Shown: piece after piece, positions 8,891 to 19,290 of the stretch
How the letters are laid out: every line of letters starts with the position of its first letter
Position numbering within the stretch: position 1 is the stretch's first letter
IMG/VR virus record: IMGVR_UViG_3300022214_000006
Span: 1-59,525 of that record
From: a virus
Lineage: Duplodnaviria > Caudoviricetes
Length of the DNA stretch: 59,525 bases
Strand: one strand, 5' to 3'
The notes under the pieces: model-generated
What the model saw: the letters and a program-made list of their open reading frames with translations, nothing else
Told to the model about the DNA's origin: nothing
Databases searched by the model: none
Program-made: the position numbers and the translations under genes

Positions 8891-11819
8891 GCACTTTCTC
8901 ATCTTTTTCGCCATCTTTCATCTTCACCACTTGTAACTGCACGTCGCCACTCATTTCACGGTGATTTAAATCAACCATCCAACAAGGTAATTGGCCGCTT
9001 TTAACTGTTTGTGATCCAATAGACAACACTTTATTTATGTTTTCGTTGATTATAACTTTCTTCTTCATCAGTTCGGCACGCATACCGTTATAGTCGCCGC
9101 CGCCTTCAGTTACCCATTTCCTGATGGCCGATCTCGATATGTAACCAATATTCTTGTCAATCTCTACACGGCACACCAACCCATTAGTAGGTTCTTGTTT
9201 AGCCCACATTGCGTTATCTTTACCGTTAGCGCCTGTACCACCACCCATGACAATCGTAGACCTGATCTGACTATTCATGAAGTCAACCAACAATGACAAG
9301 GCTGACCGGCGATTCTCGGATACAGAGCCACGTGCAGTGATACCTTGCTCCAATGCGAACGCATACATGTTCTCAACATTGAAAGTATTGAGTCCTAATT
9401 TGGCCGACAATTCGGCACCAGCTAATGTTGAGCCAATAATAGCTGCCCAATAGCGTTCTTTATTAGGTACATTGGCTTCAACGTCGTAGCGGTCGCGCCA
9501 GTATTTTACGCGGTCTTTTGCGTAATCTTGATTCTGCATCAACCAAGCTACAAAAATCTCTCCAGCATGTCCGTAGTTATCCCGTAGGGGTTCAAAAATA
9601 TTCTGAGCTTCTGACTTACTGAGTTTATGATTGCTACTGCGCACATGATATTCAAACACGCGCATGGCTTCAGCACTAGCATCTGATTTGAGCATACCGA
9701 GACGCTCATATAGGCTATGGTTAACTGATGTAGCAGCTATTGAACACCAACGAAGTTCTGAACCGCTCATAGCTCCTGTTTGCGTCAACCTACGCTTATC
9801 ACGACCTTGTGAAATAGCATAACAGAAGTCAGACAGTTCTTCCGGCTCAATATTACTGGCTTCATCATAGGTGGGGCAGATGCTGTTCATGGCCGCGATT
9901 TGTTTCATACGAGCATTGACCGTATCATCTTGCTGCAACATCAAATCTTCTGGATGTCCAAACACGCTATTAATAGTTTGCAATACCGTTGACTTACCAG
10001 AGCCTGTGTCACCGAGCAACGATACAATAGCTCCATGAAATCCTGTAAATCTGAACAGTAAACTTCCATATGCTATAGAATGCCCGAAAGCGTAGGGTTC
10101 GTACCCAGATTGGGTATAGGTGTTTATGATCTTAAGCCATTCTTCAAGAGTTCCCTTTTTACGGAAGCCTCTGGTAAACGATACAATATCTGATGACATT
10201 TCAGAGTCTACCACCGTACCGTCTTTCTTTATACACTTATCTTGTAGTACAAAAAACTCACCGTCTTCAGTCCAACCAAGTTGTGCATGACTTTTTGAAG
10301 CCGCCGCTTTGTTAATAATATGTTGCAAAAATGCGCTCATGAATTCTCCCATATACTTCTGTTCTTTACTACCGATTATACATCCTTGTCCGGCCAATTC
10401 ACTACAAACTTTAGCACCTTTTGAATCGCTGATGTCTCGCAGTTTAATTTTAAAATCTCGCCAACCGTCTTTAGGAAACTTGATTTTGAAATAGGCGATG
10501 TCCTCACACAATGCGAAATCACTGATACGCTCTATGAACCGTATCGGATACTGGCAGAATGTTATAGGTATAGTCTTATCTTCACCAATCACAGTGCTAA
10601 TACCGTGACTATTTAGAGTGTATTGAATAGGATATGCTATTTCAAATCCGTCAATGTGGTAGACGTTTTCTGGGATTATTTTACCGTTTTTAGGTTCATC
10701 AACTTGTACTGGCTTTACAGGTGCAACACCAAGTCCCGGACAAATTGTAACTGATGCCGATATTTCAGTATTATTTATTACTTGTGGTGCAGCTGGTCGT
10801 AAGCTTATTGGCGATCCTTGACGGCGTTCGCAGCCCTCACATTGTTTAAAATTACTGCGGAAATTGGCGCATGTGTGTGGTGTAAATTCACTGGCTTTAT
10901 GTACAGCAAATGATTGATTGTAGTCTTCATGATTTTCTGAAACTCTGCGGATACATTCTTCAGGTTCAGAACAGGCGTTAGCTATTGACAGTGCAGCACA
11001 CCATTGCGGATAAACTAGAGATTCATTGTGTTCAACTGCGTACTTCATAGCAGCACAATTATCTAAGATGTACTCAAAATCACCTTCAGGGTAATAATCT
11101 TCGACAATAATACCGTGCTGCTCCAATATCTCAATAGCTTTAGGATCGTACTTAACCCTAGCGACAGCCTCTTCAACTACCACATCATTAGCAGCCATAT
11201 ATGCATCCAACGGCTCAACAAATTCAGCTAAGGTGCAAGGCTCAGACCACTTCTCAACTTTTACAAGTGCTTGCGATTCACGTTTATAATTTATAGTTCC
11301 CGGTACTCTGAGAATACTGGCACGGTCAGATGTGCGCGTACTGTCGGCAATAAGTTTGGCATGAGCTACGACTTGTTTAAACTTCTGAGCAATCGGCAAC
11401 CAGTCGGCGGATGCTACGGGTTCAGTGAGAGTCCAATACACATGATAACCATATCCAGAATTGACTAGGATCGGTTTTGGCAGGTTTACTTTCTTGATGA
11501 ATACCTTGAGTGCTTCCAAGGCTACCGATTGGTTTAAATAGCCCTTACCATCCGTAAATTTATCTTCGCCGCAGTCGATGTCGATGAAGAATGATTTGAA
11601 TTGGAGAATGTTTTCAGTTTTGCGCTTCGCAGGCTTACCTAAGTTGTCTACACTTCCTACGGCGAAGTATGAATCTTTACCTTCTTCTGAATACTTTAAG
11701 GCTTCTTTATATGCTGTTTCAATATCAGCGAAAGATGATTGCGCATACCCGCCATTACTCGGATGCGCTACAAGATAATTTCCAGTGTCAGTCCATGTTT
11801 GTTGTAAGAATTTTAGCAT
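8868..11819 (-). CDS. Primase-helicase (RepB/AEP-like primase + DUF927 P-loop ATPase)
   Basis: 'FIDIDCG', 'NSGYGYHVYW' and 'SILRVPGT.N' primase motifs; Walker A 'GDTGSGKST'. Confidence 0.88.
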   Translation of the reverse strand: MLKFLQQTWTDTGNYLVAHPSNGGYAQSSFADIETAYKEALKYSEEGKDSYFAVGSVDNLGKPAKRKTENILQFKSFFIDIDCGEDKFTDGKGYLNQSVALEALKVFIKKVNLPKPILVNSGYGYHVYWTLTEPVASADWLPIAQKFKQVVAHAKLIADSTRTSDRASILRVPGTINYKRESQALVKVEKWSEPCTLAEFVEPLDAYMAANDVVVEEAVARVKYDPKAIEILEQHGIIVEDYYPEGDFEYILDNCAAMKYAVEHNESLVYPQWCAALSIANACSEPEECIRRVSENHEDYNQSFAVHKASEFTPHTCANFRSNFKQCEGCERRQGSPISLRPAAPQVINNTEISASVTICPGLGVAPVKPVQVDEPKNGKIIPENVYHIDGFEIAYPIQYTLNSHGISTVIGEDKTIPITFCQYPIRFIERISDFALCEDIAYFKIKFPKDGWRDFKIKLRDISDSKGAKVCSELAGQGCIIGSKEQKYMGEFMSAFLQHIINKAAASKSHAQLGWTEDGEFFVLQDKCIKKDGTVVDSEMSSDIVSFTRGFRKKGTLEEWLKIINTYTQSGYEPYAFGHSIAYGSLLFRFTGFHGAIVSLLGDTGSGKSTVLQTINSVFGHPEDLMLQQDDTVNARMKQIAAMNSICPTYDEASNIEPEELSDFCYAISQGRDKRRLTQTGAMSGSELRWCSIAATSVNHSLYERLGMLKSDASAEAMRVFEYHVRSSNHKLSKSEAQNIFEPLRDNYGHAGEIFVAWLMQNQDYAKDRVKYWRDRYDVEANVPNKERYWAAIIGSTLAGAELSAKLGLNTFNVENMYAFALEQGITARGSVSENRRSALSLLVDFMNSQIRSTIVMGGGTGANGKDNAMWAKQEPTNGLVCRVEIDKNIGYISRSAIRKWVTEGGGDYNGMRAELMKKKVIINENINKVLSIGSQTVKSGQLPCWMVDLNHREMSGDVQLQVVKMKDGEKDEKVLASGKPF

Positions 11820-11886
11820 ATTATACTGGTAGACGTTCTTCGTGAGGCGCGGAGATTACCACTAAATCAGCGGTAATGCAAGAGAA

Positions 11887-12387
11887 TTACGATTGCTTTA
11901 AAGCAATTTTTACTACCTCAATGATTTTGCACAGATATTCATAATCTGGATTTGTTTTGGTTGGTAAATATTCATACCAATCATCACCTAGAATATCACG
12001 AATCAAATCTTCTTCAATCAGACGTTCATCAAATTCTGAGCAATCTACTTCATTCCACAATTCTCTAGCATCCTCTTCTGTAAACTCAGAGTTCTTACGA
12101 CGTTCGCAAATTTCTTTAAATAGCACTGTTTTAATTCCGTCATAATCGTTTATTCTTCGTTGTACACGAGTCATCTTAGTAGCCAAATATTCTGTACTGG
12201 CTTGACTGAAGAATTGAGACATTGTACGATCACTCATAGCTCCCCAGTAATTACTCCAAGCCTCTCCGTAACAAGTAATGGTGATTTGACCTTTTCCAAG
12301 TTCATAATCTTCAATGTAGACGTGAAGCGTGTCTAAACCATTTTGAGATATTGTTAGTTTATTTACTGTTGACTTTTCGATGTGCAT
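11887..12387 (-). CDS. Conserved phage hypothetical protein
   Basis: 166-aa ORF co-directional with neighbours; 'GQITI.CYG.AW..YWGAM' motif. Confidence 0.7.
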   Translation of the reverse strand: MHIEKSTVNKLTISQNGLDTLHVYIEDYELGKGQITITCYGEAWSNYWGAMSDRTMSQFFSQASTEYLATKMTRVQRRINDYDGIKTVLFKEICERRKNSEFTEEDARELWNEVDCSEFDERLIEEDLIRDILGDDWYEYLPTKTNPDYEYLCKIIEVVKIALKQS

Positions 12388-12427
12388 GGTTTCTATCTAT
12401 TAGTGGTAATGCAAGTGATGCTTGAGA

Positions 12428-13243
12428 CTATTTTGTAAGTTGTTGATTCGCTTGACGCGCTTCTTCAATTCTTTGTTTTGCAATAGCAAAATACTTGTCG
12501 TCACGCTCTATGCCTATAAAGTTACGGTTAGTATTCATGCAGGCTACTCCGGTTGTACCGCTACCCATCGTGTTGTCTAACACCCACATGCCTTCGTTGG
12601 TGTAGGTCTTAATTAGGTACTCGCAGAGGGCTACGGGTTTTTGGGTGGGGTGGAATCTATTTTCACCTGATGGTATGTCAAATTCCAGAATTGTTGTAGG
12701 ATAGTTTGACCCTTTCACTTCATAATCCCCAGCATTAAGAGAGTTGTATTTGAATGTACCTGACGATTTTATTGCTGTCTTTCTAGTTTTTACATTATTC
12801 TTCCACACAACTCCCTGCGGGTTGTATTTTATAGGATTCAATGATCCTGTGTTACAGCCGCATTGACTAAATACAATAATATCTTCGTGAATCTTTAGGG
12901 GTTGATACTTTATAGCTACATGATTCGCGGCTTTATTCTTTTTCCAAACCCATGAATATTTATACCATTCAAGATTTGAAGAAATTAATGTGGTTGTAAA
13001 TGGTTGCGCCCCAAATAAAACAATAGTACCAAAAGGTTTTAATACTCGTTTGTATTCTAACCATAACATGTCTAAATCTATTATAGACTTTTTTGAAAAT
13101 TTAGACATATTTTTAAGAACTGTCTCAAATTCAGCATAAGTGGTCCCGTAAGGCAAGTCACACAGAATCATGTCAACACACTTGTCCGGCAGCGTAGCCA
13201 TGAGTTCTATGGTGTCACCTTGTTTAAGTTTTGCTATAGTCAT
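12428..13243 (-). CDS. DNA N6-adenine/N4-cytosine methyltransferase (beta class)
   Basis: 'DMILCDLPYG', 'HPTQKPVAL', 'VLDNTMGSGTTG'. Confidence 0.92.
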   Translation of the reverse strand: MTIAKLKQGDTIELMATLPDKCVDMILCDLPYGTTYAEFETVLKNMSKFSKKSIIDLDMLWLEYKRVLKPFGTIVLFGAQPFTTTLISSNLEWYKYSWVWKKNKAANHVAIKYQPLKIHEDIIVFSQCGCNTGSLNPIKYNPQGVVWKNNVKTRKTAIKSSGTFKYNSLNAGDYEVKGSNYPTTILEFDIPSGENRFHPTQKPVALCEYLIKTYTNEGMWVLDNTMGSGTTGVACMNTNRNFIGIERDDKYFAIAKQRIEEARQANQQLTK

Positions 13244-13287
13244 AATAATTCCTTAAAATATTTTCTATAAATTCTAATAAACTTATA

Positions 13288-13318
13288 GAAAATATCAGCG
13301 GAGCCGAAACCCCGCTGA
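13288..13318 (-). terminator. Probable intrinsic terminator
   Basis: TCAGCGG/CCGCTGA stem followed by T-rich tract on the minus strand. Confidence 0.5.
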
Positions 13319-13333
13319 CACATCACTGACTAC

Positions 13334-14338
13334 TTAATCCCAATCAGCCAACTGATCGGCAACTGTTGCAGATGCTTCTTCAACCTTCGTAGAGGGTTGC
13401 GCCGTAGAAGCAACACTTGGCGCAGCTTTTGCAGCGGCTTTAGGCTTCTCTGCTGGTGCTACAGACGCTGGAGCGGTCTGGACTTGTTCGCCCTTGTGTT
13501 CAACTTGTGCTACTGGTGCAGGGGCTTCAATAGCTGGCTGAACAACTTTAGCAACAACTGGCTCACGATCAAGACCGAGAACTTTAATCACTGGCTCAGA
13601 ATGATAAAGTGGAAGAACTTTCTTCAACATTTCCGTAGGCAACACGCGAACCATTTTGAATAAGCATTTTGGCTGGCTGGCTTTCGCATCAAATTTCACC
13701 GTAGTCTCAACCATAATAGTTTTCGGGATACCTTGAGATTTCAGATATTCGACATAGGCATCGTATGCATACCATCCATTTTTCTTGTTCTCGGCTTCAG
13801 CAGCCTTATCTTCCCAAAGAGAGGTGATCGCCAATTGAAGTTTCAACGGTGTGTGTGATTTTTCTTCGTTAATTACTACAGCCAATCGACGATTAACTTT
13901 GCAGGCTTTAGCGTCAGGATTGTCGGCTGTTGCTCCGCTGCCTTTAACTTTCTGTGGGCAACTCTTGCAATCAACGTGTTGTGGTTCACGTACAGACGAA
14001 TCCGGTTTTTGACCATGTGTGCTATAACAATCAGGGGCTTTGTTAGAGCCTTCAACAAAACCTTCTTTGTAATAACTGTTACAACGATCCCACTTGCTCT
14101 CAGGTACTTGACGCAAAATGATTGCATTAATACTTGGAGCCGCCATAGGTTCCCCGTTAAACATCGTCTCAACAGTGGTTGTCTCACCGTCGATAGTGTA
14201 ACGGAACTTGGAACCTTTGATGGAAAGACTATTTACTTTTTCGGCAGAATCTTCTTCCGTTGGAATGTTAAATTGATCCAACATACCCAAAATTTCAGGG
14301 TTAATTTGCTCTACTACTGCTACTTGGTTCTCTGACAT
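13334..14338 (-). CDS. Putative ssDNA-binding/annealing protein
   Basis: 'LSIKGSKFR', 'PDCYS..G..PD', CxxC motif, Ala/Pro-rich linker and acidic aromatic tail '...DQLADWD'; near the exonuclease gene. Confidence 0.6.
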   Translation of the reverse strand: MSENQVAVVEQINPEILGMLDQFNIPTEEDSAEKVNSLSIKGSKFRYTIDGETTTVETMFNGEPMAAPSINAIILRQVPESKWDRCNSYYKEGFVEGSNKAPDCYSTHGQKPDSSVREPQHVDCKSCPQKVKGSGATADNPDAKACKVNRRLAVVINEEKSHTPLKLQLAITSLWEDKAAEAENKKNGWYAYDAYVEYLKSQGIPKTIMVETTVKFDAKASQPKCLFKMVRVLPTEMLKKVLPLYHSEPVIKVLGLDREPVVAKVVQPAIEAPAPVAQVEHKGEQVQTAPASVAPAEKPKAAAKAAPSVASTAQPSTKVEEASATVADQLADWD

Positions 14339-14351
14339 CTTTACTTCTCCT

Positions 14352-14576
14352 TTACTTTTTAGATTTTGCTACTGGTTTACGAACTGATGCTGGCTTCTTT
14401 ACTTCTGATACAAGTTCAAGACGTGACGGGATTTCTCGGACTTCGATTTTAGTGCCTTTGTAGAAGTCGAAGTCGGTAATAGATGGTACATACTCATCTA
14501 TCTGCTCGTGTAGTCCTTTCAAATCTTTACTACTGTAACAATGTGTTTCATCTTCTTTGTGTACTGCGAAAAACAT
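14352..14576 (-). CDS. Hypothetical protein
   Basis: RBS AGGAG, operon context. Confidence 0.65.
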   Translation of the reverse strand: MFFAVHKEDETHCYSSKDLKGLHEQIDEYVPSITDFDFYKGTKIEVREIPSRLELVSEVKKPASVRKPVAKSKK

Positions 14577-14593
14577 TTTACTTCTCCTTTAGG

Positions 14594-14776
14594 TTAATCA
14601 GGTTTTACAGCATTTTCAACATTCTTCATCACGCTTTTCAATGCAGTCGCTGTATAAGGTTCATCTTTATCAGTGATACTACCTCCAAGTGTCAACATAT
14701 CTGCTGCTACTGCGATTGGCGTTTGAACCACCACACCTACAGTGGCTTTTGCTAAGTCTCCAATAAATCCAAACAT
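14594..14776 (-). CDS. Small phage hypothetical protein
   Basis: RBS AGGAG, operon context. Confidence 0.65.
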   Translation of the reverse strand: MFGFIGDLAKATVGVVVQTPIAVAADMLTLGGSITDKDEPYTATALKSVMKNVENAVKPD

Positions 14777-14778
14777 TT

Positions 14779-15480
14779 TTACTTCTCCTTAGTTAAAAAT
14801 TTAATATCTTCTTCAATCTCCGCCAACACCTCAATAACCTCTGCTTCCAACGCCTTAATTAACGCTGTGTCAGGAACATTTTCGACAATCAGCAACTGGT
14901 TCGCTGGTGGCATACGAGGGTCGAAACTGACGAAGATTCGTTTGGTGCGCTTACAACTTGCCAACTGTAACAAAGTCTGTTCTTCATACTCTTCAGGTAT
15001 GCAATTAGCTTTCAAATACTCAATGTGAGTTGCCGAATTCGGGCATTTTATCTCAAGTATGGCATCGTCGTCAACTAGTCCATCTGGTGATGCTCCGCAC
15101 CATTCGATGTCGGGGTGATCTACGAAAGCTACAAGTTGCACTTTCTTGCCAGTAGCTTTTTCAAATGCTGCTACAGCTAGTTTTTCCGTAATTATACCAT
15201 GTTGGACAGCCCTCAAATTTGAGATGTCACCGTCAGCACTTACATTTGTCAGACGTTCGGCTACGATCTTGCCGATAAGTGTTTTAGCAGCCTTGGAGCG
15301 TGAACCATTTTTCAGTTTGCTCAGGGCATCCTTAACTCGGCTTCCAGTAACTTTACCAATCCTTCGCTTAAACCACTCTTCGGTTCGCTGAAGGTCTGGG
15401 TCGTCTTTGATGATACCGTGCTCTCGTAGGAGGGCTAGGGCTTCATCCTGTGATGGATAATCTTCGATTAGTTCAAACAT
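14779..15480 (-). CDS. YqaJ/lambda-exonuclease family nuclease
   Basis: 'QRTEEWF..R.G.VTGS', 'GASPDGLV....ILEIKCP'. Confidence 0.92.
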   Translation of the reverse strand: MFELIEDYPSQDEALALLREHGIIKDDPDLQRTEEWFKRRIGKVTGSRVKDALSKLKNGSRSKAAKTLIGKIVAERLTNVSADGDISNLRAVQHGIITEKLAVAAFEKATGKKVQLVAFVDHPDIEWCGASPDGLVDDDAILEIKCPNSATHIEYLKANCIPEEYEEQTLLQLASCKRTKRIFVSFDPRMPPANQLLIVENVPDTALIKALEAEVIEVLAEIEEDIKFLTKEK

Positions 15481-15482
15481 TA

Positions 15483-15770
15483 TTAATGTGCCTTAACAGC
15501 ATCGAGCGCATGAAGGCTATAGATGTGATACTCATCTCCCCACTTAGATAGGCAACCATCATAAGTTACATTATCTTTTTTAAGAGTATACCAAACACAA
15601 CCGCCCCATCTACCTAAACCAGTATATTCGTACCCTTGATAGCCAATAACTGAAAAACCATTAGCTCCCCAAGTCTCGGAAGCGTGAGCTTTTATAACAT
15701 CTACATTCTCATTAGAACATCCAATGAGAGATACTATTACGAAAACTGACACCATAAGTTTTGCAAACAT
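15483..15770 (-). CDS. Putative lipoprotein
   Basis: Signal peptide with lipobox 'LIGC'. Confidence 0.6.
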   Translation of the reverse strand: MFAKLMVSVFVIVSLIGCSNENVDVIKAHASETWGANGFSVIGYQGYEYTGLGRWGGCVWYTLKKDNVTYDGCLSKWGDEYHIYSLHALDAVKAH

Positions 15771-15798
15771 TCTTCAACCCTCCATCTCGTAAACTCGA

Positions 15799-16008
15799 TT
15801 AAAATTTAATACGGCCGCCACCTGTACGAAATTGTTTCTTATCTTTCTCGGATAGTTTAAAAAAGCCATCCAAATCGTTTAGGAACTTCTTACCACATCT
15901 GGTACGGAGTTCCCCATTTTTCTTAAGCTGCCAAACACTGTAGCCGTACTCGAAGTCCCAACCATTGTAGTGGTAAGTTTTAGCGAAGCAGATGTGTCCG
16001 GAAATCAT
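15799..16008 (-). CDS. Hypothetical protein
   Basis: Overlap-coupled ORF. Confidence 0.55.
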   Translation of the reverse strand: MISGHICFAKTYHYNGWDFEYGYSVWQLKKNGELRTRCGKKFLNDLDGFFKLSEKDKKQFRTGGGRIKF

Positions 16009-16190
16009 TTGGTTGAATCTTCTTTACCGGCAAGATATGCTAGAGTCGCTGCCAGCGCCAACATACCAAACATTAGTATAGGTAGCCACCATGAATACGG
16101 TTCTGGTGGGGTTTTAGGCAGTTGCCCTACTGAGGCAGTTGTCATACCTACAACAAACATGATATACCCGACACATATAATTTTATTCAT
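16005..16190 (-). CDS. Small membrane protein
   Basis: Two hydrophobic segments, RBS GAGG. Confidence 0.55.
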   Translation of the reverse strand: MNKIICVGYIMFVVGMTTASVGQLPKTPPEPYSWWLPILMFGMLALAATLAYLAGKEDSTK

Positions 16191-16258
16191 TTTTCAACCT
16201 CATCTTAAATTATCCAGCGAGACATCATTATCGCAGAAATCAAGGTGGTTGTCAACTG

Positions 16259-17824
16259 TTATTTCACCAGCCCCGCCTTAAACCATTCAGGCAAAATGTG
16301 GTTTACTTTTTGGAAGAAGGCGTGAAAGCGGGTGTCAAGTAGATACACAACGGATGAGTCATCCTTGCTTCTTGTACTTCTACCACACATCTGCATCACA
16401 TCAATTAAAGTCCGCCAATTATACCACACCCAATGCCCTTGTGAAAGTTTTGCATGTACATAAGGATCGGTGATTGCAGGATATGGTGGGCGTATAATAA
16501 TCTGCCATTTTGCCCTTGTTCCATGAGCGTCTATACCTTCACGAATTGATGGGCTAATAAATACTAATGGTTCTTTAGAATCATAAAACATTTGTAATTT
16601 TTTGGCAAATGTCTCAGGTGTATGTGTCACTATCCTACCAGTTTCTGAAAGTGATGCAGTTAATTCTTGCGCCATTTTATAAGAAGCTGCATGTATCAAT
16701 CCTTTCTGTAAATTATGGTGTTGCATAATCCTACGGATTTCATGTATAGCAACTGATGAATTAGTTGCCCACATCTTATGTGAAAGGTCTAGGTTAGAAT
16801 GACGTGGCATAACAACAGGGCGATTCTCTTTCGGAAAATCGCTATCAATATTAATAAACACTGCATCATTAGGAGAAATTCCAAGTCCTGAAAAGAAGGC
16901 ATTTTTATCCAATATCGTACCTGACATGAACACAATAACATCCCCAAAGGCTCCGAAAAATTGGTGGAACGCATTACCCACATAACTTGGAATCATAGTG
17001 ATAACTGTTTTATGTTTTCCTTGGATTACTTCGACAATTGCTAATTTTCCATAAGCGTCAATATTCTTTTCTAATTTCTCAAGTTTTTCCAAGTATGCTT
17101 CACGCGAGTCATTTGGAGTATGGAGGAACTGGTCATCTTGTTTGAGCCATTGTACCCATTGTAATGGTGTTTTTAAAGGTGATATGTCAGACAATGGAAC
17201 GTCTCGGTACACATTAAAAGTTACACTGAGTTGTGACCTCAAGTACGCTTCGATGCCGTGGCTTTCATCAATGATAATTATCCGCCGTTTTTCAAGACGG
17301 TCATACATCCCATTGAAAAAGAATGATGCTGTGTTGCAGCACACTATATCTTCTTTTAATGCTTCCGCTAGAGCAATATCATACGGGCAATCACCCGAAT
17401 TAACTTTGCAATCTTGGATACGCTTTTGCCGTGTCTCAGATTTAACTCCAACACATTCACCTGTAGCGCAGGAATCTTCAAGTTTCGGTTTCGGTACATT
17501 ATCACCAGCTCGAATCAACTTGATAATTTTTTGATTTGATGTTGGGTTTCCGTAAGTGCATTGGTATGCACCTTTACCCTTCAACACTTTCAGTTTATTC
17601 TTGAAATCTGCTCGGTATTGCTCTTGCAATGATTGTGTTGGGCAGGCGATGTATCCTTTACCATAATAATTACACAAAGAAACTGCCACCGCACTTTTAC
17701 CAAGCCCCACGGCGGCCTGTAGTCCGATGAACTTTGCTCCACCATCTATAGCAGCTTTAATTTTCTCAAGCGCGATTCGTTGATTTGGTCTGATTGTTTC
17801 TAGTGGAAAATGGTTTATTGGCAT
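16259..17824 (-). CDS. DinG/XPD-like SF2 helicase
   Basis: Q motif 'RPNQ', 'GLGKS', 'IIDESH', 'MSGT', 'EGID', 'Q.CGR..RS.DD', 'LLD.RF'. Confidence 0.88.
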   Translation of the reverse strand: MPINHFPLETIRPNQRIALEKIKAAIDGGAKFIGLQAAVGLGKSAVAVSLCNYYGKGYIACPTQSLQEQYRADFKNKLKVLKGKGAYQCTYGNPTSNQKIIKLIRAGDNVPKPKLEDSCATGECVGVKSETRQKRIQDCKVNSGDCPYDIALAEALKEDIVCCNTASFFFNGMYDRLEKRRIIIIDESHGIEAYLRSQLSVTFNVYRDVPLSDISPLKTPLQWVQWLKQDDQFLHTPNDSREAYLEKLEKLEKNIDAYGKLAIVEVIQGKHKTVITMIPSYVGNAFHQFFGAFGDVIVFMSGTILDKNAFFSGLGISPNDAVFINIDSDFPKENRPVVMPRHSNLDLSHKMWATNSSVAIHEIRRIMQHHNLQKGLIHAASYKMAQELTASLSETGRIVTHTPETFAKKLQMFYDSKEPLVFISPSIREGIDAHGTRAKWQIIIRPPYPAITDPYVHAKLSQGHWVWYNWRTLIDVMQMCGRSTRSKDDSSVVYLLDTRFHAFFQKVNHILPEWFKAGLVK

Positions 17825-19077
17825 TGTTTTAGTTGATCGTTTATAAAATCTATTACTTTGTTAGCATTGAAAATATTTGTGCATTCACGTTTAAAACTAA
17901 GAATTCCAGAATTTATACTTGGTATCTGTGCCTTCAATAATGACTCTATCCGTGCGGCTTCTGTCCCAGAACATTCAAATTTTGCTAAAACTTCATAATG
18001 TACGCGATGTTTTCTAAATTCTATTTCGTGTTGTGCGATTCTATTATCAAATACGTTACTAATACCATAACCACAATAAATATCACCTATATTTAGCACG
18101 TATATTATCGCAGGCAACGCTGTTTTAAAACCAGTCACGCTACAGGCAGGGCATCCGTGTTTAGCATGTAATATGTTTGTTGGTTCTGCTAACCATTCAT
18201 GACCACAATTTGTAGACAAACATTTAAATGTTATTTTTGTATCTACATTAACAAATTCACCAATTCGTTGTATCGAACTTCCTTCGAGTCTTACATCGAC
18301 TATTTCATTGGATAGTCTCTCAACTTTAGAACATCTAGCACAACCCTTACCTGCGAATAAATTTGATGCTAATATCGACCATTCTCTACCACACCCGTTG
18401 TTTTCGCATCTCACCTTAAACGGAATAGAATGCTTAATATAAGGAGATACCCTAATTATATTTCTTCCTATAAGTCGTGTATCTATAATCTCGTCAGTTA
18501 GTGGAGCACGTTTTGAGCATTTCGGGCATCCTTTACCTGATTGAATGGCTCCATATCTGGTGTACCATTCATATCCGCAAGTGGGGATACTACATTTAAA
18601 TTTTAATGGTTTATCAGACTGGGTATAGCTACCAACCCTGATAATATTTCGTCCTACTAAACGGGCATCTATTACAGTATTAGTTAGCGGTTCACTCCCC
18701 GAACATTTAGGGCATCCACTACCTCTACTAACTACGTTCAATACTTTAGTTTCCCAAACGTTAAGGCAACTATTAATCAAGCATTTAAATCGTAACTTAG
18801 ACTCACCACTAATTACTTCCCCAATACGCTCTATATTTCTACCCTTTAACCGAGAATCAACAATCTCATTAGTCAACCTCTCCTTCTTAGCACATCTAGG
18901 GCAACCATTTCCGCAACACGTAACATTGGGTGGGAACGTAGACCATTCACAATTACAACCATCTTTCAAGCATTTAAATTTTAACGAAGTTTTGCTGGAA
19001 ACATAATCCCCTATACGCTGTATATTGCGCCCAACCAATTTAAAATCTATGTCTGAATTTGTTAATCTCCTACTCAT
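17815..19077 (-). CDS. Free-standing endonuclease-like protein: 5 Zn-ribbon repeats + GIY-YIG-like C-terminal domain
   Basis: Five ~60-aa repeats ending 'GCP.C'; C-terminal 'IYV......YGISN...R..QH'; start at 19077 follows AGGAG. Confidence 0.7.
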   Translation of the reverse strand: MSRRLTNSDIDFKLVGRNIQRIGDYVSSKTSLKFKCLKDGCNCEWSTFPPNVTCCGNGCPRCAKKERLTNEIVDSRLKGRNIERIGEVISGESKLRFKCLINSCLNVWETKVLNVVSRGSGCPKCSGSEPLTNTVIDARLVGRNIIRVGSYTQSDKPLKFKCSIPTCGYEWYTRYGAIQSGKGCPKCSKRAPLTDEIIDTRLIGRNIIRVSPYIKHSIPFKVRCENNGCGREWSILASNLFAGKGCARCSKVERLSNEIVDVRLEGSSIQRIGEFVNVDTKITFKCLSTNCGHEWLAEPTNILHAKHGCPACSVTGFKTALPAIIYVLNIGDIYCGYGISNVFDNRIAQHEIEFRKHRVHYEVLAKFECSGTEAARIESLLKAQIPSINSGILSFKRECTNIFNANKVIDFINDQLKQCQ

Positions 19078-19088
19078 ACACACTCTCC

Positions 19089-19238
19089 TAAAACAAAGAG
19101 GCTTCACCTGAACTCTCAACCTTGCGGAAGTTGGAATAATGGGCTGACACCCACCAGAGTTCATGTAAAGCCTCGCCAGTTTAATTCGGATTCCAAGCCG
19201 ATAGGAGAGTTTATATACTAATTTATATTACTTGTCAA
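19089..19238 (-). promoter_or_regulatory. Promoter + structured leader of the endonuclease gene
   Basis: TTGACA-N17-TATAAA (19210-19238); long stem 19098-19116/19156-19174; TTGGAAT/ATTCCAA cross-pairing. Confidence 0.6.
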
Positions 19239-19290
19239 GCAATTTCTGAATCGCCCAAGGTGTTTGATTTTTGGGGAAGTGAGTAATCAA

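Noticed and set aside
12428-13243. Diversity-generating retroelement TR/VR pair (similarity to the cassette MTase)
   Set aside because: Differences are not adenine-specific and no reverse transcriptase is visible; ordinary paralogy explains it.
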